Origin: Thalia democratica
Lineage: Eukaryota
Assembly: GCA_965202585.1 (NCBI GenBank)
Contig: OZ241829.1
Coordinates: 60,574,001-60,638,000, forward strand
Length of the DNA: 64,000 nt
Direction of reading: 5' to 3'
In this document: in pieces, positions 50,791 to 62,254 of the stretch
How the letters are laid out: the number at the start of each line of letters is the position of its first letter
How positions within the stretch are numbered: the first letter of the stretch is position 1
Notes under the pieces: model-generated
What the model saw: only the letters and a program-made list of their open reading frames with translations
Databases searched by the model: none
What the model was told of the DNA's origin: nothing
Position numbers and translations under genes: made by a program

Positions 50791-53700
50791 CGCCAAACAA
50801 TGGTATATTAAGCATTCCAACCGGAAGCATGGTCTTCAATGAACATAAAGTTATAACAAATTGTTATCGCGGGTTAGATATAACTGGTGAAGGAAAAAAT
50901 AACTTGCAAGAAAAAGAATTTCCCTGTTTTAGAAAAACTAATTGGGTGTGGAAAGAAAGATTTAAAATTGTTTTGTTACGTAGTCGCTCTGATAAATACT
51001 CAAAAGATAATGTGTGCTAAAACCATTGAAGCTTGATCAATTTCTGGTTCTTAAAGTTAACTGCATCAACCTATCTATGGTCTGCCATTATTTTAAGTAT
51101 TATTGGTTTAAAGCAGAGTTTTTCAAAGGGCAAATATTGCTCCTTTTTTCGAGATTGTAGTCGTTCGGGGAAGGGGGTAACTACTAAATACAGAGGGTAA
51201 ATTTTAGTTTTCAAGCAGTCATAGAATTTTCACTTTTTAGCTTGTAATTTTATTAATCTAAGCGGACTTTCCAGTATTTTACCTTGAGGTAAGATTTATA
51301 ACAGGATTTCCAGAAATGAACGATATTAGGGTGAAACAACTGTTAATGTGTGAAAAAGTACATGGGTAACTAAATAAGAAAGGGTGATTAAGAAAATGAG
51401 TTTAGGATTTTTATTTTTTATTTTTCAAAAACAATTGATAAAACTACTATTTTAACCTTTATATCAAAACGTAGGAATGATATTTTATTACTATATACAA
51501 AGAAACAAAACAGTTTTAGATGGTTTAAAGGTATTTCTTTCTTTTACGGTTGATTTTCAGTTTAAAAAGACATCAAAATTTACTCTGTGAATAAACCTTC
51601 AAACCGCTCCGTGCCAACTGGCACAACATGTGTTGCAAAAAAGTTTTAACTTAGTTTTAATCTTTAAATTTTCTAGAACCTCGGCTTTCTGGCTACTAAC
51701 TATAAAGAAAATGAAATCTTTACCACTTGCTGGTCCTTTTAGATACTTTTGGCTGTATTTTTGGTTGTTCACGATTAAAACTTTTGCAAAACTAGTCTCT
51801 TTCATCAAAATAGATATCTTATATGTTATATTACTAGTCAAAATCACAAATTATAATTTTTAGTTTTAAAATATAGTGTTAGCTGACAGTATTGAATGTA
51901 TAAAAGTATAGAATGCATAAAATTAGTTTTAGATCTCAAAAAGATATCACTTGTATAAAGGTGACGCTTTAATAAAAAAACTGGTTCAAGTTTTAACGTT
52001 ACAGAAAAATTGTTTTTTAGCAACTAAACATTGTTGTTGAATTGCTATAATGTTAATTTTTAAATTACCAGTTCAACATTAAATGTGAAAAATCAGTTGC
52101 ACTAAATAACGGGTTTTTAAGTCATGATGGCAAGGTTTTAACTAAAAATGAAAAGGTACAATACAAATGTAATTAAGGATACACATTAAACACACTTCAA
52201 CATTTGTTTGTAACAAAAAAAAACATTCACCAGCGTTCGATGAATTGGGATGTAAAACTAAAGATAAGTAAGGATGTGCAAAATTTATGAAAAACCATCA
52301 TTGTTTCATTTAAGTACTACGTCTGAAATATTTTAAGTTACAAACGTAGTAAAACTGTATTTAAAAATCAACTGAAATTATTTTTCTAAGTAAAAAGAAA
52401 AAGTTTTAACTAGTGGTCTACTAGATCCGGATGATAGTGAAAAAGGCTAATCGATGATTAACATAAAGTTTTTATTAAACTAATAATTTTAGAAATTAAA
52501 AAGTTTTCTCTATTGTGTTTTGAGCAGTTGTTTATTTCAAACAATACCTAATGCTTAAGACAGTGTGTGTTCTAATAAACCCTAAGTGTAATTTTGAACT
52601 TTGTATTTTAATGGATTCTGTTTTTAGAGACTTCTCTGATTATAACTTACGTATTTAAAAAAGTTTCCTGCAAAAGTCTTAGTCGAATAAATTCTGTTAT
52701 GTACAAAATGTTGTCATACCGGGTATATCTACTTCAGAAGCTGCCTTACCTTATAATAGACGATTGAAAAAGTGTAGTAAAACTAACTTATTTTGGAATG
52801 AATAAATCATTAAAATATAAAACTTTACATATAAGAAACTATTAGTTATTATTTAAGGAAGCAAAATTTCTAAGAATTAGTTAATCAACATGCTTTTATT
52901 TGCTAATAAAGAGGAAATAGAAAGTTAACCTTTGTTTTTTTTGTTTAATGGCAACGAGAAAAAAACAAACAAGTATTTCTAAATCTACAATATACATAAA
53001 CTACAATTTTCAAAAGTACTGAACTTGTATACTTGTGAATTTGTGAACTTGTATACGCTCGATAGCTTACTTATATCTTTTTATAGAACGTTTTATTATG
53101 AATTAAGTGTTTTTGCTTTTTATATAAGGAATTTTTTAAACAAAAAAAAACTATTGTTGGTTTTCAATAATTAGATCCCAATATAATTTTGGACAACATA
53201 TTCTAAAACTAATGATCTATTGTGTCAACAAAAATAGTATCCGGCCGGAACTGGATCCTTTTTAAAATAAGGATCTGTCTGGATCCGGATAATGGATCCG
53301 GTAGATCACTACTTTAAACTTAAGTAAAATAAATACTACTAATTTATTGATTATTTCATTTTCTTTTTTAAGTTTATAAATTAACTGTTTCACCTTAATA
53401 AAAAGTTTATAAATCTAAAACAAAATCTTAGAAAAAAATAACCGGTTGGCATATTATTTTAGTTTAATAGATTTTCGTATAAGATTTTTTAACTACTTGC
53501 TAGTAATTAAGTTATCACTAAACTTAAATATGCTTTAAACAATTTAAAATTTCAAAAGGTAATAGATTCGAGGTTGTCTACGAACGTATATATCATGATG
53601 AAGCCAGTCAGTACTGTATGTCGAAGGGTAGTGATCTAATCCAACATGGCCCAAAATCTATACATGGCAAGGGAGGTTGTTATTTGCATACTTGTACATT

Positions 53701-54346
53701 CAAAATGAGTTTTATGAGTTTTTTTTGATAAAGTATAAAAAATAAATATTAAATAAATAATTTTCTCAACGTTTAGAAGTTATTGGTTTTTGTGCATGTT
53801 AAAACTATTAAAAACTTATAAATTTATTAAAATATTTTAATGTTTACTATGAATCCTTTAAGGAGTTTAAAATTTAAATTCACCATACTTAAAAGTAAAA
53901 CTTAAACAATGTTTATACAAATTACTATCAAAGTATTAAGAAAAAATAAACTCTATAAGTATAACAATAAGCGTTTAATTTAAAAAAAAACTTTTTTTTA
54001 AGCTCTATGAAAAAAATTGTATTAAGTTTTAATTCTAAAGGTAAGCTATGAAATCTAAACAATATAAGCAAAAATTAGTTTTTTTGATAGAGAACTCCCT
54101 AAAAATTTAAACATAAAACAACATACTTTCAAACGAGGGTTACAACGAGACGACAACAACAAACGTGCATTCAGAAGGGTGTCAACAACAAGGTTGTCCA
54201 TTATGAAGGTTGGGGACATAATTGCTTTTACCGTCAAGACAACCACGGTGATTATGTGCATTGGTAATTCTATTCTGGTTATTCCATGGAAAAAATTGCC
54301 GTTTACAACACGTCTAAGAGCCCATATTATTTATTTGCGAATATTG
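50791..54346 (+). pseudogene. Probable decayed Sushi(CCP) and C-type lectin gene
   Basis: Frameshifted pieces: PNNG..(C)YRG.DITGEGKITC (~50791-50920); VPTGTTC and NLGF..TTC (~51600-51730); FEVVYERIYHDEASQYCMSKGSDLIQH (~53560-53640); GLQRDDNNKRAFR, VNNKVVHYEGWG, D(Y)VHW, WKKLP(F), FICEY* (~54136-54346). Confidence 0.5.
52411..53311. mobile_element. hAT-like MITE (TIR TAGTGATCTACCGGATCC)
   Basis: tagtggtctactagatccgg ... ggatccggtagatcacta; flanks gttttaac/ctttaaac match at 6 of 8 as an 8-bp TSD. Confidence 0.6.
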
Positions 54347-55635
54347 ACTTATTTGACCCCACATAACTTTTAAACACGAATACACATCTCAAAAACTTGG
54401 CGAACAACCTTCGTAAAATTCTTTTAAATGAGAACGTTCTGATTCAAAATTAAAAAAATAGGTATCAGAAAACTTTAGTTGAAAACTATTTAAACACTAA
54501 CTAAATTTTTTTTTTAACATTTTTGAACCAAATTTTTGAACAAGGTTTTAAGACTCTTGTGGTCAAAGATGTAAGTTGATTTATTAATCTTTTTAGACCA
54601 TTATTAAACGTTAAAAAGATTAGACATTTCATTAAAACCTTAATGAGTTTTGCATCAAGTATTATACATCTAAAATTCATTGTATAAGTTTATGAAACGC
54701 TAATGAAAAGTAGTTTACTTTATATTATACGAACATTTTTTTCAAGCTTTCAAAATCTTTCGTTATAAGATGTCAAGTTTTATTTTGTTTTTTATGTTTG
54801 TTTAAATCACTTTTGTCAGTAAATTATTAAAAATAGTTATGTTATTCAGAGCATAAATAAACAATTCTATTCTTACTTTTTTTCACCAGTTAAACAAAAG
54901 GATTCATCACTTAAACACTTAAGTGTAAAATATCAAAATTAAATAAATTATTTAGCCAAACTTTACTTTTTTTAAGTAATTTGTATTTATTTCAGTATAT
55001 ATTTTAAAGTCTATTGTTATTTTGAGCTTAATACCTGTTATAAAAATGTAAAAACTTTTAACGTATTTAAGCTAAAATAAAATAATGTACTTACATAAAA
55101 TTTAAACTTTAAGGCTACAATTAAATAAAATTGTACAGCAAATTCTCAACAATTAATCTCTATTACTTCAAAGAAGTAAGTTATGGATAAAGCTGCAATT
55201 ATGTTAATAAAATATAAGTTATTTTGGAAAGTTTCAAGATCAACTTAAAATTTATCTTTTATATAATGATTCTCAAGGTCATTAGTGATCATTCCTACTC
55301 GTCTATTTACTTTTGTTTAAGGAGTTAATAGTATTTGTCATTTAATATTTAATTAATTTTTTTTTTTTAATACTTTTGTTTTTTTTTTTGTTCGAAAGGT
55401 TGATTTGTTTGGTTACAGTAACATTGGTTTAGTCTAGGTTTTAGCATTTTCTATTTGGTTATTTTTTAAGATTATTTCTTAGGCTTACTATTTTGAATTA
55501 AATTCAGAATACTTACAAATTTTTTTTTTTATATGCTCACAAACTTTTTTCTTAGAATGCAAACGTAACAAAATAGTTATAGATGTTTTTACTTTAGTAG
55601 AAAATAAAGTATTTTAATAGTAAGCTAAGATACCT

Positions 55636-55763
55636 GTTACTGTAACAAATCCAGCCTGGTTAGAGTTGTTACATTCAGGGGTTATAGCTTTGCTTCTTTT
55701 TTTAGCAATACGTTTTGAGCGTTTAACTCTAAAACTATTTGAATCACTCGTAACAACTTTTAT
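55636..55763 (-). other. Candidate orphan exon
   Basis: AAAAG acceptor, open frame VTSDSNSFRVKRSKRIAKKRSKAITPECNNSNQAGFVTVT, GTATCT donor; locally raised GC. Confidence 0.35.
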
Positions 55764-56806
55764 TACAAATTACTAGTAATTATTACTGCCAAAATTATAT
55801 ACTAATTCTAACAATCTGTGATCATTAAACCAAAAGCAATATATCAACTTATAACAACTGAATACACAAATCAAATCAAACATAAATAATCTTTAGCGCA
55901 AAATTACAAATTAGTGTTGTAAAAATTAAAATCAAAAATAACAAAGGACAATGTGTTACTTTCCAAGCAAACTTAAGTAATATATCTCTTTTTTTTCTTG
56001 AAGAAATCAAAGAAAAAATTCTTCTTTTTTATGTTTGCAAATGTTGCTTGTTTTCTATTATTACAGTTTTAGACTTGGACAAGTATTCAAAATAAAAAGA
56101 AAGTCTGTTTTAAAATAGAAGGAAATTTGTAGTTGTTAATATCATTATTGTTAAAGCTCTTATTGTTTTTTTTTTCTTTTTTTTCTTATTAAAAACATAA
56201 ATTATACAGACTTATCTGCATATTTTCATTTATAAAAGTTAATTTCAGTAATTGTACAAATCACTTCTTTAAAATTCCAAAAAAAAAGAATAGTTTATTT
56301 AACATTTCAAATGTAAAATTTGTTTTTACATACAAGTTAAACTATTAAATTTAAAAAAAAATATTTTTTAAGCTCAATATACTTATAAAAAAAATTCGTA
56401 AAAATATTTTAGCGTATTACATTTTACTTTCTTTAAAGAAGTTGTTACCTATAATTTAAGTACTTACACGTTTGTTATCAGTGTTGTTTATCTTATTTTA
56501 AAAGTTAATTTATAGTTATATATATATTTTTTAATTTATTATGATACTTAAAAAGATTCGTAGTACATTATTAAACACAAAATTTACTTAATTTTCGTTT
56601 AGTTCTATTCTATACCATTTTTCTTTTCGTTTAACTGATAGTTTTATTAGTTTAGATATAAATGTTTAAATAATAAAAAAATCTATGTGTAATAGCTCGT
56701 AAGAAACTTTATAAGCATGTGGTGTACGACTCGATAACCGAAAGGTTCCTTTGTACACCAGGTCCTTAGACTAAACTTTTTGAGCGCTTTTTTTTATCGT
56801 TCCATA

Positions 56807-56810
<4 letters not shown>

Positions 56811-56858
<48 letters not shown>
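56811..56858. repeat. (AT)n microsatellite at the end of the hairpin repeat
   Basis: Pure AT run; shorter runs at ~9693, ~10467 and ~17074. Confidence 0.95.
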
Positions 56859-56860
<2 letters not shown>

Positions 56861-58219
56861 TAGTTATACTTAAGCTTAGACTTATAAAAAATTTAGGTTG
56901 TGTAAAAAAATAAAAACTAAACTTAAACTTAATTTTTCAGTTGTTTTAACAATCTAGTTGAGTACTCTAGCTGTGTGGTAGTTTTCTCGTAAAATTCTGG
57001 TAACTATGCTACACATTTTTTTTGTTTGTTTAAGTAATTTTACTTTTAAAATTTTTCAAAAATGATTTTTAACTTTATAAGCAGCTATAACTTTTTGCGT
57101 TTAAGGATTTTAAATGAGCTTTTACATAATAATTTTAATACTTTGATTTATGCAAACGATTTTCGATTTCATGTTATATTGGAAAAACAAAACATATAAT
57201 TAAATTAATTTTTTCCTCCTCATATTTTTATTAATTTTACTGCCGATTCTTAATAATCAATAAATTAATACTCTTTATCATAAAGAGTATTAACTTATTA
57301 GTTACTAAGAATAAAGAGTCTTTATGTGATGCCAATCTTATTTTGCGGTCTTAGCGTAAAGTACAATAAAACTATCTATGACGTCAAAGACAGCCATTAA
57401 GATTTTTTAGGTGAAAGAAGAGTTTATTTTGCACGAGTCTACTTTTAATACATGTCGTCACTTTTGCTTATAAATGTAGGGTCCTTTTAAAGTGCTTAAT
57501 TTGCATTTTTGGCTAGAAACAACTCTACATCTGGGAAATATCATAAAAACACTCTGTAAAACTTTTAGATGATTTTACAAAACGTAGATCAAGGCAAACA
57601 TTATTTTTTCTGCAGACAAGCCCAAAGAAAACTGTATGGGACTTTTGAAATTTGACCTTCAAGTTTTTGGCTCTAAGATTTTCTACATGTAGCAATTATT
57701 TCAACAAATTATTCTACAGAACTTTCGAAAAATTGAAAAAAACTTTTACAGAGTTTTTTTTTAATCATTTTGAAAATTTATCGTTAGTTTAAGTTTTTTT
57801 AATAAGAAGTGCCTTTATGAGACTTACTCCAAATTGTCTTAACTTCTTAAATCTGCAAAATGTGTTTTTGTGATAACTTTTACATGTAAAATCATATCGA
57901 GCCAAAAACTTTAAATTCGAACTTTATAAGTACCATACTCATACAGTCTATATTGTTTTTTTGAAAAAACTACGCCTTAATCTGCGTTTCTTCAAATCTT
58001 TCAAAATCTTTCACAAAGTGTTTTTGTGATATTTTCCAAATATCACAAGTATTAAATTATTTCCCCTTAGAAATTTTAAAGGTCGCTTTTTTTATAAGCA
58101 CCGTAAGGAGCAGTTACTTTTGCTAAATCAAATTTTATTATAATTTATTAAAAATATTTCATTGACTAAATTTTGTCTTTGTTTCACAAAAGTAAGTCAT
58201 GTAAAAATTACCCAGCGTG

Positions 58220-58505
58220 GAAAATTCACCACTAGTGCAAAATTGAACTCTAATGCAAAACAGTATCAATGCAAAATTTACATAATGCGTGAAAGTGACT
58301 CCGTGCAAAACTGACACCCATGCAAAAGTTATGATTCGTGAAAAAGTAACTACTCATGCAAAACTACTTCCGTACAAAACTGATTCCATTTGTAAAATTA
58401 ATTACTCCGTGAAAAATTGACAACTCATAGAAAGTTGACACTCGTGCAAAAGTGACGCCATGCAAAAGTGATTGTTCGTACAAAAATGACGATTCGTGCA
58501 AAACG
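58220..58505. repeat. Degenerate tandem repeat, period ~19-20 bp (cgtgcaaaa core), subterminal array of the gcacgag MITE family
   Basis: About 14 units of the form tgactc-gtgcaaaa; same core as at 19.4 and 43.4 kb. Confidence 0.7.
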
Positions 58506-60195
58506 TGATAAAAATAGGAAATCGAGATTTGTATTATGCTTAAAATTTTCATAAACCTTTTAGCTTTGGGAATTTTTTTTACAAAACCAAAACTAAAACT
58601 GATTAATTTAAAGAATTATTGACTTGAAAAATTAAAAAATATGTAAAAGCTCATACATTACTGTGGTCATTGAGCTTCTCACTATTAAGAATGTAAACAA
58701 TGTTTTAAGGTTAAATTTATAAAATGAAAACTAAAACATTTATTACAAACAAAAAAAATGTAGTTTTGAGTTTAAAATAGTAAACTTTGTTTTTAAAACC
58801 AGCTGCTGCCAGTTTTGACCATTAACTACACACAAATTCTGGTTAAATTTTTGTCTTAGTTCACCATTTACAATCATAATTTCTGCTGCTGGTTTTACAA
58901 AAACAACCATGAAAAATGCAACAATAATTATTAATAGATAAAATTAAAAAAAAATGGTTAATATTTATATAAGCACTCATAACTCAAGATACTATGAATT
59001 TTTTTTTTAAACTTATGACTCTAAATAGTTTTGTTAAAAAAAAAACTCAAAAAAGTTTTAAGATTTCAATAAATCTTAAGCTAGTTTTTTATAGATTTAA
59101 AAGAAATTTATTTGAATAAAGTTTAAGTTATTGATATCATTTTTTATTAGTATTATTATAATATTTAGTTATGTAGTTAAAACTTTTTCTTCTTACAATC
59201 TGTAGTTAAGTTATTTGTTTAACCTAGGCTAGTTTGAAGGATCTCAGACAGGCTTTTTTCTTCAAAGAGTGGCAACCCTGATTAAAGCAGATTCTCAGAT
59301 ACTTTTTAGTTCTATACTGTCATTTTGATAACCAATTTATTTTTTTCTTTTTCAACATCACTTTTTAATAATTCACTAAAACTGATTATGTCATTTAAAT
59401 AATAAAAGTTGATCACAATATTATTATAGTGCTGTTTCAGCTCTTTTTATACTTTACATTTTAGCTAAAATTAAAGTTGCATTTAAAGATTTATAAAAAA
59501 GGCTGCCACACACTCAGACTGCACAAGTCAGTTTAAAGTTTTCAAGAAACTCAGAAAAAATTTGATTTACATTTGCTTCTATATCTTTCCTATAAAAAAA
59601 TACACTTGTAAAATGTGTAAAACAAAAACAAAAACGTGTAAACTTTGCTGATGATAGCCAGATCTTGTTAATATAGAAGGTTTCCAAAAAACCTTGAAAC
59701 CTGAAATTTAAGAATTAGAAAATCCTTAAAGTTTTTAACAGTTTTTCCTGTGAAATAATGAAACTTTAAATAGATACAAAAATTTATAATTTTGTTTTTG
59801 TATCATTTAGAATTTTATTTGCTATAAATCTTATATAAAGGAGCTTTTCAGTATCTTTTTAATACTTTATTACACTTTAAGAAAGTTTCTCACATTGATT
59901 TCAATTTTTTATTAAAAATGGACAAAAAACTTGTACTTTTGAACGTCTGGATGAAATTCTAAAAACCTTGAAAAAAAAACTTTTGAAGCATAAACTGAAT
60001 AAAATTTTAGCTTGCATTTTTTTAAAACATTTACCTTATAATTCACTACCATTATAAATCAACCTTTCCTGGACTTTTGTTTTCAAATTCTTGACTAAAA
60101 AAATATTAGAAATCCTGAATTTAGAATAATATTTAATTAAATATAATATAAATTATTATTGCTTCATTAATTTGTTTAAAGGTCTTTCAATTTTT

Positions 60196-60582
60196 CAGGG
60201 TTGCTAAAAAACCTGAAAATTCTTGGAATTTGACAATGTAGATTAAAAATGTGGAATTTTAAAGATTTAGAAAAAAACTTTGAACTTTAAACAAAATCCA
60301 CTAAAAATACTAGAAAAACCTTGAATTTTTAAGAAATTTTATATTTAAAGTATTAAAGTTTCAATATAATAACAAAATCTAACACATAAAAAAAATTTTT
60401 TAAACTATAAATAAAGTAGTTTACAGTACTTTTTCAATGTTATTATACTATTTAAGACAGTTTTTTTTAACTTAAAATTTTATTTGATACTAAAAATATA
60501 CTAAAAAGCTTGTTCTTTAATAAACCAAGAAGAAACTTAAAAAACCATGAAAATATTTTCAAAAAAACTTTTGGCAAACCTT
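60196..60582. mobile_element. hAT-like MITE, family 1
   Basis: cagggttgcta ... tggcaaacctt; TSD attttt on both sides (6 bp). Confidence 0.75.
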
Positions 60583-61068
60583 ATTTTTGCATTTAATATT
60601 GTAAATATTATTTGTAAAACATTCAAATAGTTAGTTTAACAATTTTAAAGTAAAATTAAGATAAAGTTTTTCCCAATAATTCAGAATAGTTTAGAGATTA
60701 TTAAATATTTTTTATTAATTTTTAAAATGATAGTCTTGTAATCAATTATCTTTGTATAAAGCTAAATAAATGCTTTTGTTTTTAATATTTAGTTTTATGT
60801 GTTATTTTTACATATTTTGTTGCATAAATATATTGATATAAATTTATAAGCTTTAGTTTTTTTGAACTTGTCACAATGACTTAAGTATTCTTATGAAATA
60901 GTGACTTAGTGAAAGTTGTTAAGTATAATTTCTTGATTTAAAGTCTGTTTCCAAAATATTTATTTTTATAGATTTTTAGTATAACATTTTTTTTACTTAA
61001 CCTTTTTGCAACATAATATTTGATCAAAATATAGCTCAGCTTATAAATTAAGCTCAAGTAAAAACAAA

Positions 61069-61470
61069 ATGAAAAGGCGTAACAGAAATGCAGTTGAATC
61101 AATTTGTAAATACAACTTTGATAAAGTTGTAGAAGGTGCTATTCAAATTAACTTTTTAAAACTCTTAAAAAATAATGAGAAAGTTGCGTATGAATCCTTG
61201 ATGAAAACAATTTACAATAAAGTAGTTACAAAAAAAATGTTTCAAAGTAATTTGAGAGTTCTTAAGCGCTTTTGGGAAGCTAATAATGATTTTTTCATAT
61301 CAAAAATTATGGCATTAAAAGGTGAAAAGTTAGCTGAAGAACCTCAATCTGATAGAAGAAATTTCAAAAGTATGTTTAATGCATCAAAAACTGCAGAAAA
61401 TATTGAAAGTAATTTTGAAAACATTTTGAACAAAAGTCACTCAACATGCTCTAATTACAAGGTAGTATAA
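61069..61470 (+). CDS. Hypothetical protein, 133-aa orphan ORF
   Basis: ATG-initiated 402-bp ORF, long for this AT content, with a charged, helix-like composition. No motif recognised. Confidence 0.4.
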   Translation: MKRRNRNAVESICKYNFDKVVEGAIQINFLKLLKNNEKVAYESLMKTIYNKVVTKKMFQSNLRVLKRFWEANNDFFISKIMALKGEKLAEEPQSDRRNFKSMFNASKTAENIESNFENILNKSHSTCSNYKVV

Positions 61471-61540
61471 ATATTGTTTTATGTTTTGATTTTATAGTTA
61501 TTTTTCTTAACTAAAAAAGGTTGCTTAATTTACTGAAATG

Positions 61541-61660
61541 TTTTATTTTATTTACAACCAGGTTTTGGTAACAAAAAACTGCAACCTCTTGAAGTAAAAT
61601 AACTATTTTATTTTACTTGAAGAGGTGGCAATTTTTTGTCACCTTGTCGTAAATAAAATG
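61541..61660. mobile_element. Mini fold-back made of two degenerate hammerhead units
   Basis: + arm: TTTTAC, TTGAAGA, stem GGTGGCAA/TTGTCACC, GAAA deleted, GTC, GTAAATAAA. - arm: TTTTAC, TTCAAGA, GGTTGCAG/TTGTTACC, AAAA, CCTGG, TT, GTAAATAAA. Confidence 0.6.
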
Positions 61661-61674
61661 TTTAAATTGAACAT

Positions 61675-61805
61675 CTTTATGTTTTGATTTTAGAAAACAA
61701 AAAAAGAGATCTCAACTATTAGAGGAGAAATGATATATTTTATTTTTTTAAGACTTTATTATGCAAACTAAGTTTCAGTCAAAGACCTAGTCAGTGCTTA
61801 TATAA
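61675..61805 (-). ncRNA. Family A hammerhead motif (degenerate) and 3' tail, not folded back
   Basis: - strand: TAAGCA, CTGACTA, GGTC-TTT-GACT, GAAA, CTTAG, TT, TGCATAA; G8 is mutated to T. Confidence 0.6.
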
Positions 61806-62254
61806 AAAATCTAAAAATATATGTAACAGTCTTGGAAATGGTATTTCAACAATTGAACAAAAACTAATTTTTACTTAAACAACAAAAAAAGTCCTAAGGT
61901 TGAATTAATGTTTAAGTTTTAATTTTATTTAAGTTTAAAAAAAAAAGTAATAAGAACCTTGATGCAGGCTTCTCTTTTCTCTTCTAGTGAGTAATCAAAA
62001 TAAACATTGCTTAAATAAAAATGTAGATATAGAAGTAAAAGAGCTTAAAATTAAGGTACATTTTAATGTAGCTAGTTTTAATTGTGACATAACTATCGAA
62101 AATTTAAAGAAATATATGCTTGTAATAACTATGAAAATTTAAAATTTTGCTTGAATGCTTCATATAAAAACTTTTAAATGCAGAAAATAGTAGCTGCATA
62201 AAAAATTTTTTATAAGCATGCATAAAACTAGTATTACGGACAACTTAAGACTTA

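Noticed and set aside
58220-58505. Periodic repeats resembling a CRISPR array
   Set aside because: The ~20-bp units are degenerate and abut without unique spacers; there are no cas genes, the context is eukaryotic, and the core matches MITE subterminal repeats.
59641-59680. FADD-like RT motif, overlapping a CTGATGA hammerhead-like start
   Set aside because: No flanking RT sequence in frame and no GAAA/stem III in register; compatible with chance.
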